From an uncultured bacterium (lineage in GTDB: Bacteria > Zixibacteria > MSB-5A5 > CAIYYT01), in assembly GCA_963726455.1 (NCBI GenBank), contig CAVSCK010000004.1, positions 1,792,001 through 1,856,000 of the forward strand: a stretch of 64,000 bases of DNA. The letters run 5' to 3'. The notes under the pieces are model-generated. The model made no database searches and was not told the origin of the DNA. It saw only the letters and a program-made list of their open reading frames with translations. The translations under genes were made by a program, and so were the position numbers. Below, piece after piece: positions 20,289-29,701 of the stretch; the stretch's first letter is position 1; each line of letters begins with the position of its first letter.

Positions 20289-21203
20289 TTAAGGGCTGAG
20301 ATTTTTCAGTGTCTTGAAAATGTTGATCATCGCCGGTCCAACCAGAATGATCAGCAATTCCGGAAAGATCAGCAGCACCAGCGGGAACACCAATTTGACC
20401 GATACTTTGTTGGCGCTTTCCTCAGCTCGCTGCCGCCGCTTAAATCGCATTGTGTCAGCAAGTGCGCGCAGTGAAGTGGCTACGCTGGTTCCCAGTCGAT
20501 CCGCCTGGATCAAAGTTACTGCCAGTGAACGTAGCTCATCGACCTCGGTGCGATTCGCCAGATTCCTGAAAGCATCGGCTTTGGGCCTGCCAATGAGAAT
20601 CTCATGGTTGACCACTTTCAATTCCTGAGCCAGCGGCGGACAACTGGTACTGATTTCTTCCGCCAGCTTATTGAGTGCCGCCGTGAATGACAAGCCCGCT
20701 TCAACGCATACAACCATCAGATCAAGCATATTGGGAACTGCGCGGCGAATTGCATCGCGTCGTGCCGCTACCTTCCGGCCCACCCAATACCGTGGAAGGA
20801 AGATTCCCAACAACGCCCCGGCAACCGCCGTCATTCCCATTTGCAGTGGCAATAGTTTCAAGTAAAGTCCAACGATCGCCCCCACCACCGTCAGAATTAA
20901 CGCGAGGATTGCTCTGATGAGGTAGTAATCATAAACGGCGTTTTGACCGAAATAACCGCCTCGGGACAACCACTCTCGCGTCGAGGGCATCCCTTGTTCG
21001 TCCCAGGACATGAATTCCATTCCTTTGCGCATCAGAGACGAACGCATATTATACTCACCCGGCTTGGCTACTCCCGCCTCGGTCGCAAGTTCCTCCAGCC
21101 GCGCTTTAACCGGATCACGGCGCGTCGACATCGCATAGATAGCAAGAAAGACCAGCAGGAAGCTGGATACGAAAACTGCGCCGATGATAACGTATAGTTG
21201 CAT
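20289..21203 (-). CDS. tadC: Flp pilus assembly inner-membrane protein TadC (T2SS F family)
   Basis: PNMLDLMVVCVEAGLS, LIQADRLGTSVATSLR, RRQRAEESA..VSVKLVFPLVL. Confidence 0.88.
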   Translation of the reverse strand: MQLYVIIGAVFVSSFLLVFLAIYAMSTRRDPVKARLEELATEAGVAKPGEYNMRSSLMRKGMEFMSWDEQGMPSTREWLSRGGYFGQNAVYDYYLIRAILALILTVVGAIVGLYLKLLPLQMGMTAVAGALLGIFLPRYWVGRKVAARRDAIRRAVPNMLDLMVVCVEAGLSFTAALNKLAEEISTSCPPLAQELKVVNHEILIGRPKADAFRNLANRTEVDELRSLAVTLIQADRLGTSVATSLRALADTMRFKRRQRAEESANKVSVKLVFPLVLLIFPELLIILVGPAMINIFKTLKNLSP

Positions 21204-21210
21204 GAATTCC

Positions 21211-22179
21211 TCAGATCTCGATATTGATGATCCGCCTGATGACCAGAATTCCGATAATCTGCATGACCACCGCTGTTGCCAGCAGGTATTCACCGGTTCT
21301 TTCCTTAATGAGGACCATGAAATAGTCCGGATTAAGGGTTAGAATGATCGCGACCATCACGAGCGGCATCAATACCAACACGAAACCCGAGAATCGCCCG
21401 TGTGCCGTCTTTGTCTTGATCTCGCGTTTCAGCCGGAATCGGTCACGTATCGTGGCTGACGTCTTTTCGAGAATTTCCGCCAGGTTACCACCGATGCGAC
21501 GATGTATCAGCAGCGCAACGACCAGTAGATCGAGATCGTTGCTCGGGTTGCGCTCACGCAGCCCAGCCAGGGCGTCGACCAGGGGAACGCCGAGATTCTG
21601 CTCTTCAAAGACAATGGCGAATTCCAGCCCCACCGGGTCAGGTATTTCCTGAGCCACCATCTTCATTGCCAACTCAAAAGTGAATCCTGCGCGCAGTGAG
21701 TTGACCACCATATCCAGTGCTTCAGGCAACAGTTCCTCAAATCGTTGGACGCGTTGATTGCGTTTATGTCTGAGGTATAGATATGGCAGCAATCCGGCGA
21801 CCGGCATAATCGTCAATGCCAGCAGATAACTATGAGTGGTATACTGCATAACTAGAAAAGCGAGACTGGCGAGGCACAACATCGACAAAATGATTGTCCC
21901 CGGGTTTGTCGCAAGTCCGGCCTGCTTGATGAGCTTCTTGAGATGTTCGCCGAACGCGAATTTGCGGAGCAGGCGATTCATCAGCGGTATTTCCGAGAGT
22001 TTTTCCTCGCGCATGAGCAGGGATACATTCTCGGATTCCTGCTCCTGGCCGGAGAGTCTTTCGACACGCTCCTTGGTCGATCGCATTTGCCAGCTTAGCC
22101 GTGCCCGTACGATGTAAAACACGACCAGCACGAAAACTAGCACAGCCGAAAAGACCACTATGGCAATCGCAATCAACAT
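21211..22179 (-). CDS. tadB: Flp pilus assembly protein TadB (T2SS F family)
   Basis: LPEALDMVVNSLRAG, PVGLEF, IGGNLAEILE, TAHGRFSG. Confidence 0.88.
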   Translation of the reverse strand: MLIAIAIVVFSAVLVFVLVVFYIVRARLSWQMRSTKERVERLSGQEQESENVSLLMREEKLSEIPLMNRLLRKFAFGEHLKKLIKQAGLATNPGTIILSMLCLASLAFLVMQYTTHSYLLALTIMPVAGLLPYLYLRHKRNQRVQRFEELLPEALDMVVNSLRAGFTFELAMKMVAQEIPDPVGLEFAIVFEEQNLGVPLVDALAGLRERNPSNDLDLLVVALLIHRRIGGNLAEILEKTSATIRDRFRLKREIKTKTAHGRFSGFVLVLMPLVMVAIILTLNPDYFMVLIKERTGEYLLATAVVMQIIGILVIRRIINIEI

Positions 22180-22192
22180 TCCCAAATGCTCC

Positions 22193-23503
22193 CTACGGAT
22201 TGAAGAGATCGCCCGGCAGCTTGACACCGGATTTCATAATTTGCTCAAGATAATTGGGCCTTATGCCAGTGGGACGGAAGCGACCGATCACGTGCCCGTT
22301 CTCTTCGACACCCTGTTTTTCGAATATGAATAGCTCCTGCATCGAAATCGTCCCTTGCTCCATGCCGACGATTTCCGATATGCTCGAAATTCGGCGCGAA
22401 CCGTCACTGTAACGATTGATCTGAATAATGATATTGATAGCGGATGAAACTAATTCGCGAATCGCCTTCTCCGGGATTTCGATACCCGTCAGCAGCATCA
22501 GGGTTTCCAGCCGCAGCAACACATCGCGAGGGCCGCTGGCATGGATCGTCGTCAGTGAGCCATCATGGCCGGTGTTCATCGCCTGCAACATGTCGTAAAT
22601 CTCAGGCCCGCGCACCTCGCCGATAATAATGCGGTTAGGGCGCATGCGCAGCGCATTACGGACAAGATCACGTTGGGTAATCTGTCCGCGGCCTTCAACG
22701 TTCGGCGGCCGTGTTTCGAGGCGTACCACGTGCGGCTGCTGCAGGCGCAACTCCGCGGAATCCTCAATCGTGACGATACGTTCGCCATCCGGAATATAGC
22801 AGGACATGATATTCAGCAGTGTTGTTTTGCCGGCGCCGGTGCCTCCCGAAATCAGCACGTTGAGCCGCGCGCGCACGCATCCCTGCAGAAATTGTACCAT
22901 GCTGAACGAAATCGATTCGTACTTGAGCAGGTCATCCATGCTTAGAACATCTTTGCGGAATTTGCGAATGGACAACATCGGCCCATCCAGTGCGACCGGC
23001 GGAATGATGGCATTGACGCGCGAACCATCGGTCAGGCGGGCGTCAACCATCGGCGACGATTCATCCACTCGTCTTCCGACCACCGAAAGGATGCGATCGA
23101 TAATCAGCAGAACATGACTATCATCTTTGAATTTCGTATCCGTTAATTCCAGCTGCCCGAAGCGCTCGACATATACTTGTCCGTGTCCGTTGACCAGCAC
23201 GTCGGTGACCTCTGGATCGTGCATATATTGCTCGATCGGCCCCAATCCCAAGGTCTCATCCATGATTTCCGAGATCAGGCGCTCTTTTGATTCGAGCGAG
23301 AGGTAGAGATTCTCTTCCTGAACCAGCGTCTCCGCCGCATCCTTGATCTGCTGTCGCAGCAGACTTCGATCCAGACTCGCCAAAGCCGAGAGATCGAGTC
23401 GGTCGATCATCTTCTTGTGCAGGCGGCTTTTCAGTTCCTGGAAACTGTCGCGGCGTTCCCGGGGCGCTTCTGCCTTTGGTCCAGTGGACAACCAGCGTCC
23501 CAT
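22193..23503 (-). CDS. cpaF: CpaF/TadA pilus assembly ATPase; native 5' end probably replaced
   Basis: [19 protein letters not shown], Walker [44 protein letters not shown]. Confidence 0.9.
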   Translation of the reverse strand: MGRWLSTGPKAEAPRERRDSFQELKSRLHKKMIDRLDLSALASLDRSLLRQQIKDAAETLVQEENLYLSLESKERLISEIMDETLGLGPIEQYMHDPEVTDVLVNGHGQVYVERFGQLELTDTKFKDDSHVLLIIDRILSVVGRRVDESSPMVDARLTDGSRVNAIIPPVALDGPMLSIRKFRKDVLSMDDLLKYESISFSMVQFLQGCVRARLNVLISGGTGAGKTTLLNIMSCYIPDGERIVTIEDSAELRLQQPHVVRLETRPPNVEGRGQITQRDLVRNALRMRPNRIIIGEVRGPEIYDMLQAMNTGHDGSLTTIHASGPRDVLLRLETLMLLTGIEIPEKAIRELVSSAINIIIQINRYSDGSRRISSISEIVGMEQGTISMQELFIFEKQGVEENGHVIGRFRPTGIRPNYLEQIMKSGVKLPGDLFNP

Positions 23504-23723
23504 CACCTCCAAACGGGAAATGAATACCAACGTCCGCGTAAAGGATGGCGAGACGCTTGTCATGGGTGGATTACTCCGAGAATCCAAGGTTCAGGATGTA
23601 CAGAAACTGCCCGGCTTGGGGAATATTCCTCTCATCGGCCGGCTGTTCCAGCATCGCACCACCCGCAATGAGAAGACGGATCTAACGGTCTTCATCACAC
23701 CCAAGGTGATCAAGCCGGAGTAA
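23475..23723 (+). pseudogene. 3' fragment (~80 aa) of a secretin (GspD/PilQ type)
   Basis: [26 protein letters not shown]...KLPGLGNIPLIGRLF...TDLTVFITPKVI is the secretin C-terminal signature; sequence upstream of it is antisense cpaF. Confidence 0.85.
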
Positions 23724-23814
23724 CTCAACCTCCGCCCTCGTTTTTGACTTGACAGCACGCCTGCGAACGTCATTCATTCGGTCTATTTCACTAACCATTG
23801 GAAGGAGTTAGGCC

Positions 23815-23925
23815 ATGGCGAAAGAAGTGAAAAAGGTTCCGTGCGCAGGTAAGAGCGCCGAAGGCAAACCGTGCAAGTGCATGGTGGTTCCGCCTGCCAA
23901 GTTCTGTAAGCGTCACCAGAAATAG
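23815..23925 (+). CDS. 36-aa basic Cys/His zinc-finger-like miniprotein, absent from the ORF track
   Basis: AAGGAG RBS; MAKEVKKVPCAGKSAEGKPCKCMVVPPAKFCKRHQK*. Confidence 0.65.
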   Translation: MAKEVKKVPCAGKSAEGKPCKCMVVPPAKFCKRHQK

Positions 23926-23987
23926 AGTCGGAGCGAAACCGCAGGTCATATTAGGCGGCTGCCGGTGACGCGGATTCAATTCATATC

Positions 23988-24521
23988 ATGTCCGCCGACG
24001 CAAGACATCTTCTATTAACCGGACTGCCCGGCGTAGGGAAGACTACGCTCATCAGGAAGCTCGCCGCCGAACTATCGGCGCTTGATCCCGCAGGTTTCTA
24101 CACCGAAGAAATCCGAATTGGCAGCGTGCGTAAGGGCTTTCAGTTGGTGACTCTCGACGGCAACCGAAGCATTCTGTCGCACGTCGATTTCACCGGCAAC
24201 GCCAGAGTAGGAAAGTACGGCGTCGATGTTGCCGGCTTCGACGACTTGCTGGACAAACTCGATCTAATGAACTCTTCGGCACGAATCGTAGTTGTCGATG
24301 AAATCGGCAAAATGGAATCGCTGTCCGCCAAATTCCGGAAGTTAATTTCTCAAATCCTCGATTCGGATAAAACATTGCTCGCCACCATAGCTCTCAAAGG
24401 CGCCGGAATAATTGAAACCGTAAAGTGTCGGGAAGATGTCAAAGTCATACATATCACTCCGCAGAATCGCGACCTCCTCGTAACAGAATTAACGGACTGG
24501 ATTAGAAAGAGGACGACTTAA
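23988..24521 (+). CDS. Nucleoside-triphosphatase (THEP1/NTPase_1 family)
   Basis: TGLPGVGKTT, GFYTEEIR, RVGKYGVD, VVDEIGKME. Confidence 0.9.
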   Translation: MSADARHLLLTGLPGVGKTTLIRKLAAELSALDPAGFYTEEIRIGSVRKGFQLVTLDGNRSILSHVDFTGNARVGKYGVDVAGFDDLLDKLDLMNSSARIVVVDEIGKMESLSAKFRKLISQILDSDKTLLATIALKGAGIIETVKCREDVKVIHITPQNRDLLVTELTDWIRKRTT

Positions 24522-25507
24522 TGCGCTCCATGCTGCTCAGAAAGCAACGACAGAGACTGGAGTTGGCGGATGTACCTCGGCCGGTGCCTGCGGCAGGGCA
24601 ATTGCTGATTCAAGTTCATGTTTGTGGCTTATGCCGAACTGATCTGCATGTCGTCGACGGCGATTTGCCGGAACCGAACCTGCCGGTGATTCCCGGCCAT
24701 CAAATTGTTGGCGTTGTAACGGATGCCTCACAGGGCACAGGTAAATTCAAACCGGGCGACAGAGTCGGAGTCCCCTGGCTCGGTTGGAGTTGCGGCGAAT
24801 GCAACTATTGCCTCTCTGACCGCGAGAATTTGTGCGACAACGCTCGCTACACCGGATATCAGATCAACGGCGGGTTCGCAGAGTTTTGCGTTGCCGATGA
24901 GCGCTTCTGTTTTCGGATTCCCGCAGACTATCCCGACTTGCAGGCAGCGCCGCTGCTTTGCGCCGGTTTGATCGGCCATCGATCGCTGCGAATGACCGGC
25001 GACGCCCGCCGACTTGGATTCTATGGCTTTGGCGCTGCGGCACATATCCTCTTGCAGGTGGCCAATTATCAGAAGCGCGAGGTCTATTCTTTCAGTCGTC
25101 CCGGTGATACTGCCAATCAGAACCTCGCTAGAGAGTTGGGTGCACATTGGGTCGGTAGTTCAAGTCAGATGCCGCCGGTGCCTTTGGATGCAGCGATAGT
25201 TTTCGCTCCTGTCGGCGACCTGGTGCCGACGGCGCTACGAGCTCTGGCCAAGGGCGGAATCGTCGTTTGCGCCGGAATTCACATGAGTGACATACCGGCC
25301 TTCCCGTATTCCATCTTGTGGGGCGAGCGAAGTATCAAATCAGTGGCGAATCTCACTCGTGCGGACGGTGAGGAATTTCTAAGCTTGGCGCCGAAGGTTC
25401 CTGTCAAAACTGAAGTTCACGCCTATCCATTGGAGCGTACAAACGAAGCGTTGGATGATCTGCGTAACGGCCGCTTCACTGGTGCTGCCGTGATTACATT
25501 ATCTTAG
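24521..25507 (+). CDS. Zinc-dependent alcohol dehydrogenase family protein
   Basis: CGLCRTDLH, PGHQIVG, CGECNYC...ENLCD, APLLCAG, GFYGFGAAA. Confidence 0.92.
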   Translation: MRSMLLRKQRQRLELADVPRPVPAAGQLLIQVHVCGLCRTDLHVVDGDLPEPNLPVIPGHQIVGVVTDASQGTGKFKPGDRVGVPWLGWSCGECNYCLSDRENLCDNARYTGYQINGGFAEFCVADERFCFRIPADYPDLQAAPLLCAGLIGHRSLRMTGDARRLGFYGFGAAAHILLQVANYQKREVYSFSRPGDTANQNLARELGAHWVGSSSQMPPVPLDAAIVFAPVGDLVPTALRALAKGGIVVCAGIHMSDIPAFPYSILWGERSIKSVANLTRADGEEFLSLAPKVPVKTEVHAYPLERTNEALDDLRNGRFTGAAVITLS

Positions 25508-26700
25508 GCGTCAGCGGCGTTATCGGTTGGTCGGACTTTGGATGCGTCGCCTGTTTCTTCCCGATCTTCCGCATCACGAGTCGATAGATTGCGATAGGAG
25601 TTTATCGATTCCGCGGCCTGAAGCAGTGACTTGGTCACCGAAGAACTCTGCCCCGTGTTTAGAGTATCGTATATCGCTTTCTCAGTTTCCAATAACAGAT
25701 CGTCCGTCGTTAATTGCTTCTGATCCAGTTGATATTCGAACTGCCGTTGCCTGATGAAGTCCATGGCGCTTAGATTCCTACCACTGGCGGAAAACCCGAA
25801 CACTCCCTCATTTTGCAGATATTTCACATTGTCTTCGGTGGATGGTGACCCGCCACTCAGCATGGGATCCGGCGCTCGCCGAAAGTTCAACGCCGACGAA
25901 AGTTGCTTTTGCATCGCGGTTGGATCAGCCGGCGCCGCCGCTGAAGATTGCCCGGCCGTCCCAGTTAACATTGCACTGCCGGGATTATCCTGTTTGGCTT
26001 TTGGCGCATCTTTGGAGACTTCGGCGTTGGGCCTGTCCGGAGGCGTTGCCGATGTTTCCCTTGCCATCCTGATCCGAGCGGGCACGGACGCGAACATGTT
26101 TTTGTCATCCCACGAATTGGAGCTTCTTATTTGGCTCCGGTCGCCTGGATCTCTGCTTTCGTGAGGTCCGTCCGTGCCTGATGCGTGTGCCGGTGTCTGG
26201 TCGATAGTACTCGCCGCGCGCATTGGGGTACCCGTCTTGTTGGTCGATATCGCATAGGGCGAGGACACCGGCCGGGAATATGTGGACTTAATGGCAGGGG
26301 CTTTCTCTTTTCCGGATGACTTGTCGATCTTTTCGGCAGGCATCGATGCTTTCAGCCCGCCTTTCGACTCTTCAGAAACATCAATATGAACTTCGCTAGT
26401 CGGCCTATTTGACGACGCAGTCATTGGGCTACCTGCAGGAATTTCAGATTGTTTGCGAACGTAAGTGTCGACAGCACTTACAGTGTTGTTTCCTGAGGCG
26501 GGAGATTTCTTGCTGTCACTACCAGCAGCAATAGACACGGCGTTCTTCGGCTGATCCTTCGGAGACAGTCTGGTCTTGTCACGATCTCCCCTGGCAGCGC
26601 GGGCGGATCGCTCGTCCTCCTGCTGCTGGTTCCTCTTGATAGCAGACGCTATCGAGTTATCCACACCCAGCGTAGTCGTGACATTAGTTCTTATTGACAT
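25504..26700 (-). CDS. Hypothetical low-complexity (Ser/Ala/Pro-rich) protein
   Basis: 398-aa ORF, AAAGGAAG RBS; mostly disorder-like; N-terminus MSIRTNV. Confidence 0.65.
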   Translation of the reverse strand: MSIRTNVTTTLGVDNSIASAIKRNQQQEDERSARAARGDRDKTRLSPKDQPKNAVSIAAGSDSKKSPASGNNTVSAVDTYVRKQSEIPAGSPMTASSNRPTSEVHIDVSEESKGGLKASMPAEKIDKSSGKEKAPAIKSTYSRPVSSPYAISTNKTGTPMRAASTIDQTPAHASGTDGPHESRDPGDRSQIRSSNSWDDKNMFASVPARIRMARETSATPPDRPNAEVSKDAPKAKQDNPGSAMLTGTAGQSSAAAPADPTAMQKQLSSALNFRRAPDPMLSGGSPSTEDNVKYLQNEGVFGFSASGRNLSAMDFIRQRQFEYQLDQKQLTTDDLLLETEKAIYDTLNTGQSSSVTKSLLQAAESINSYRNLSTRDAEDREETGDASKVRPTDNAADA

Positions 26701-27133
26701 GATCAGCTTCCTTTGCTGTTTGAAACATGCTCGGCTATTAGTCCTCCGCCGACCTTATACTCCTCAAATCTCGTGCCGAACCGCTATGAACATCGATGCG
26801 GCTGTCCGACAAGGGATTCGCAACTCACACTGTTGTTAGCCCGCCGGATAGCTGACGTTTCATTCCTGCACAAGTGGGATTGTTCCTATACCATGCGTCG
26901 CCGGACTATTCTTTGCGCCATGATCCGGTGGCATATTGGTTTTCGGCAGACTGGTGTTGGCGACTTCCGATACTCTCTGTGTCAAATCTGATCCTCTGTT
27001 TCTTACCTGCACAGTCGCATACAAGCGTAAGGTCTTGGTTCCTAACTGCATCAGATGACAATTGGGGATTGTTTCAGCATTGGCAGACATGTTGCACAAA
27101 GAATCAGCCGGCAGTATGAGCCAAGGAGGAAGC

Positions 27134-27901
27134 GTGAGTATTAGGATCAACGGGAGCGGCGCCGGATTGAATGCCGTACGAAATATTTCCCTCATCCAGA
27201 GAAGCATCTCGCGCACCGCACAACGCCCGGCAAGCGTTAGCGAGGTCAGCCAGACTGCGGAGGGAATCGCAGACGCCATGAGCAGCGAACAGATGCGTTC
27301 TCAGATCGGATCTCTAACCCAGCAGATAAAGAATCTCGAATTCAGTGTAAATAGGACCAGGGCGGCGGACTCCGCGATTTCAGAATTGCGCGAAAAACTG
27401 AACGAAATCAAAGGGGTTGCAGTGCAGGCAGCCGACGAGGCATCTGCTACTCCCGAATCCGGGAAGGTCTATCAAAAGCAGGTCAACGCTGCAATATCCA
27501 CCTATAATCAGCGTCTCGATACCGCTGAGTATGCCGGAGCCAAGCTTCTGGACGGATCACAGGGGTCCGTCTGTCGGCTGGCGCCATTGGCAGATCTGGA
27601 CGTCTCTACGCCGAATGAGGCCTCCCAGTCTCTCAACAAAGTAAGTCTCGCCAAGTATGACGTTGAGACCGCGCAGGACATGGTCGATGCCAGCTCCAGG
27701 AACGAATATCAGAAGACGGTACGCACGCTGGAAGTCGCCTCCCAGAATCTGGTCGCCGCCGATAACCAGATTCTCGACACCGATTCGGCCCGCGAGCAGG
27801 CACTTTATCTAAAGGAACTGTTGCAGCGGCAGAGCGGCATGGCTGCTGTTTCACAAGGAAATCTGGCCGGAGATGCAGTCTTCAAACTTCTGCACGCCTG
27901 A
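27134..27901 (+). CDS. Divergent minimal flagellin-like protein
   Basis: AGGAGG then GTG; SIRIN.., SEQMRSQIGSLTQQIKNL, AEYAGAKLLDGS, QNLVAADNQILDTDSARE...QSGMAAVSQGN...VFKLL resemble flagellin N- and C-terminal helices. Confidence 0.75.
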   Translation: MSIRINGSGAGLNAVRNISLIQRSISRTAQRPASVSEVSQTAEGIADAMSSEQMRSQIGSLTQQIKNLEFSVNRTRAADSAISELREKLNEIKGVAVQAADEASATPESGKVYQKQVNAAISTYNQRLDTAEYAGAKLLDGSQGSVCRLAPLADLDVSTPNEASQSLNKVSLAKYDVETAQDMVDASSRNEYQKTVRTLEVASQNLVAADNQILDTDSAREQALYLKELLQRQSGMAAVSQGNLAGDAVFKLLHA

Positions 27902-27965
27902 CCGGCCTTTGAATTTGTACCTCCCCCGTAGGTGTTCCTACACACCTAATGCGCTTTCTGCCTGA

Positions 27966-27992
27966 GAGACCCGGAATCCCCTTCCGGGTCTC
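27966..27992 (+). terminator. Hairpin downstream of the flagellin-like gene
   Basis: GAGACCCGGAA-TCCCC-TTCCGGGTCTC, a perfect 11-bp stem. Confidence 0.65.
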
Positions 27993-28074
27993 GATCTTTC
28001 ATGCCCACAATAGCTTGTATCGCGAACTCGCCGACGGCTCAGTTTCGACCTTTAAGTTTATGAAAATAAAGGAA

Positions 28075-28101
28075 TTAAGGATTTTGCCGGAATACCGATA
28101 A
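28075..28101 (+). promoter_or_regulatory. Possible sigma28 (FliA) promoter
   Basis: TTAA-N15-ACCGATAA versus consensus TAAA-N15-GCCGATAA. Confidence 0.5.
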
Positions 28102-28132
28102 TACCAGTGAGGTATACCTACGTCTTGGTGAA

Positions 28133-29701
28133 ATGCGAAATCTAGCAGGGTCCATAAGATCGTTATTTCCGCGGCTCGAAAGCATTTACGTCGCTTCCCG
28201 GGCTATCGCCGCTGTGGCTGTCGTCGTGTGGATGTTCACCACTACCCAGAGCGAGAGCACCCATCGGGCGCTGTCCTTCGGCATGGTCATCTTCTCAGCT
28301 CATCTGCTTATCTTCTATTTCATCTGGCGGAAGCGTCCGAAATTTATCGGCGAAGTCTTCGCCTATTCGCTCATTTTTGATATCATCTTCGTCACCTATC
28401 TGATCAAATACACCGGCGGGGCCTACTCCAGTTTCTACTTGCTCTACTACGTTGCGATCATGTTCTCGGCATACTACTTCAGTCTCAACGCCTGTGTGGC
28501 TATCTCTTTTGCCTGCACGACGGCGTACATTGTCAGTAATCCTGAACTGCTGACCAGGGTAAGCTTGATTGAGCTGGGTTTGCGCGTCGGCTTTGCCTGG
28601 TTTTTCGCCTACGCAGTCGGCTATGTATCGCGCCATATGAAACAGTCCGAAGCAAAATTGCTCAAGCTCCTCGACAACTTGAACGAAAGCACGACGGAGC
28701 TCGAACGGTCGCAAACGCGTATGCAGACCATTTACGAAACGTCTCGCGTACTGGGCGAAACTCATGACGAAAAGGAAATCACGGACAAGGTACTGGATAT
28801 CGCCGACAAGATACTGGGCTTTGAGATGTGCTCAATACAGCTTCTTAGCAGCACCGGTGAATCGCTTCGAGAGCGTGCCCGACTTCAGGACGGTGAAAGA
28901 CACACCAGCAAGCTTCGGGAACGACTGCCCCTGGTGGGATTGATGGCCGATGTTATCACCTCCGGCTCGGCCAAACGATTAGTCGATCTCGAAGGCGCGA
29001 TCGGCTATGTTGCCACCCTGGAAAATGCCCGCAGTGCGCTCATCGCGCCCATGATGTCTCATGGAAAAGTACTGGGGCTCTTGCAGGCAGAGTCGGTCAA
29101 GCGAAATCGCTTTAGTGATATGGATCAAAAAGTGTTTGCGACGCTCACGGCTTCGGCCGCTATGGCGTACGAAAACAGCCGTTTGCATCGTGAACTCGAA
29201 AAAATGGTCGTCATCGACGAACTGACCGGCGTCTACAATTACCGCTATTTCAGCGACAAACTGGCAGATGAAAAGAAACGTGCCGCTCGTTATCGTCAGC
29301 CGCTGTCACTTCTGATGGTTGATATCGACTGGTTCAAGAAATGCAACGACACCTTTGGTCACGAGGCTGGCAACGTGCTGCTGAAAGGCGTAGTCGGCGT
29401 GATTAAAGTCAATATCCGTGACACCGATATCCTGGCTCGCTACGGTGGCGAGGAATTCATTGTCATCTTGCCGCAGACTCTACATGAAGACGCCGAGATT
29501 ATTGCCGAGCGAATCCGCTCCGAAGTCGAACGCTCCAGTTTCGGTGACGGCGCCAAATTCCCGATCCTGCGCGCAACTGTATCCATCGGCATCACCACAT
29601 TTCCCGATAACGGACACGACGAAGAAGAAATTGTGCAGTTGGTTGACCGTGCAATGTATATTGCCAAGGGGCAGGGGAAAAATGCGGTTGCTACTGTCTA
29701 A
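28133..29701 (+). CDS. Membrane sensor diguanylate cyclase (TM-GAF-GGDEF)
   Basis: Several N-terminal TM helices, GAF-like region, DELTGVYNYRYF, DIDWFKKCND.FGH, RDTD I-site and RYGGEEF. Confidence 0.92.
   Translation: MRNLAGSIRSLFPRLESIYVASRAIAAVAVVVWMFTTTQSESTHRALSFGMVIFSAHLLIFYFIWRKRPKFIGEVFAYSLIFDIIFVTYLIKYTGGAYSSFYLLYYVAIMFSAYYFSLNACVAISFACTTAYIVSNPELLTRVSLIELGLRVGFAWFFAYAVGYVSRHMKQSEAKLLKLLDNLNESTTELERSQTRMQTIYETSRVLGETHDEKEITDKVLDIADKILGFEMCSIQLLSSTGESLRERARLQDGERHTSKLRERLPLVGLMADVITSGSAKRLVDLEGAIGYVATLENARSALIAPMMSHGKVLGLLQAESVKRNRFSDMDQKVFATLTASAAMAYENSRLHRELEKMVVIDELTGVYNYRYFSDKLADEKKRAARYRQPLSLLMVDIDWFKKCNDTFGHEAGNVLLKGVVGVIKVNIRDTDILARYGGEEFIVILPQTLHEDAEIIAERIRSEVERSSFGDGAKFPILRATVSIGITTFPDNGHDEEEIVQLVDRAMYIAKGQGKNAVATV

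Noticed and set aside
18316-23723. Integrated element at tRNA-Ser
   Set aside because: No integrase, transposase or duplicated tRNA 3' end was seen
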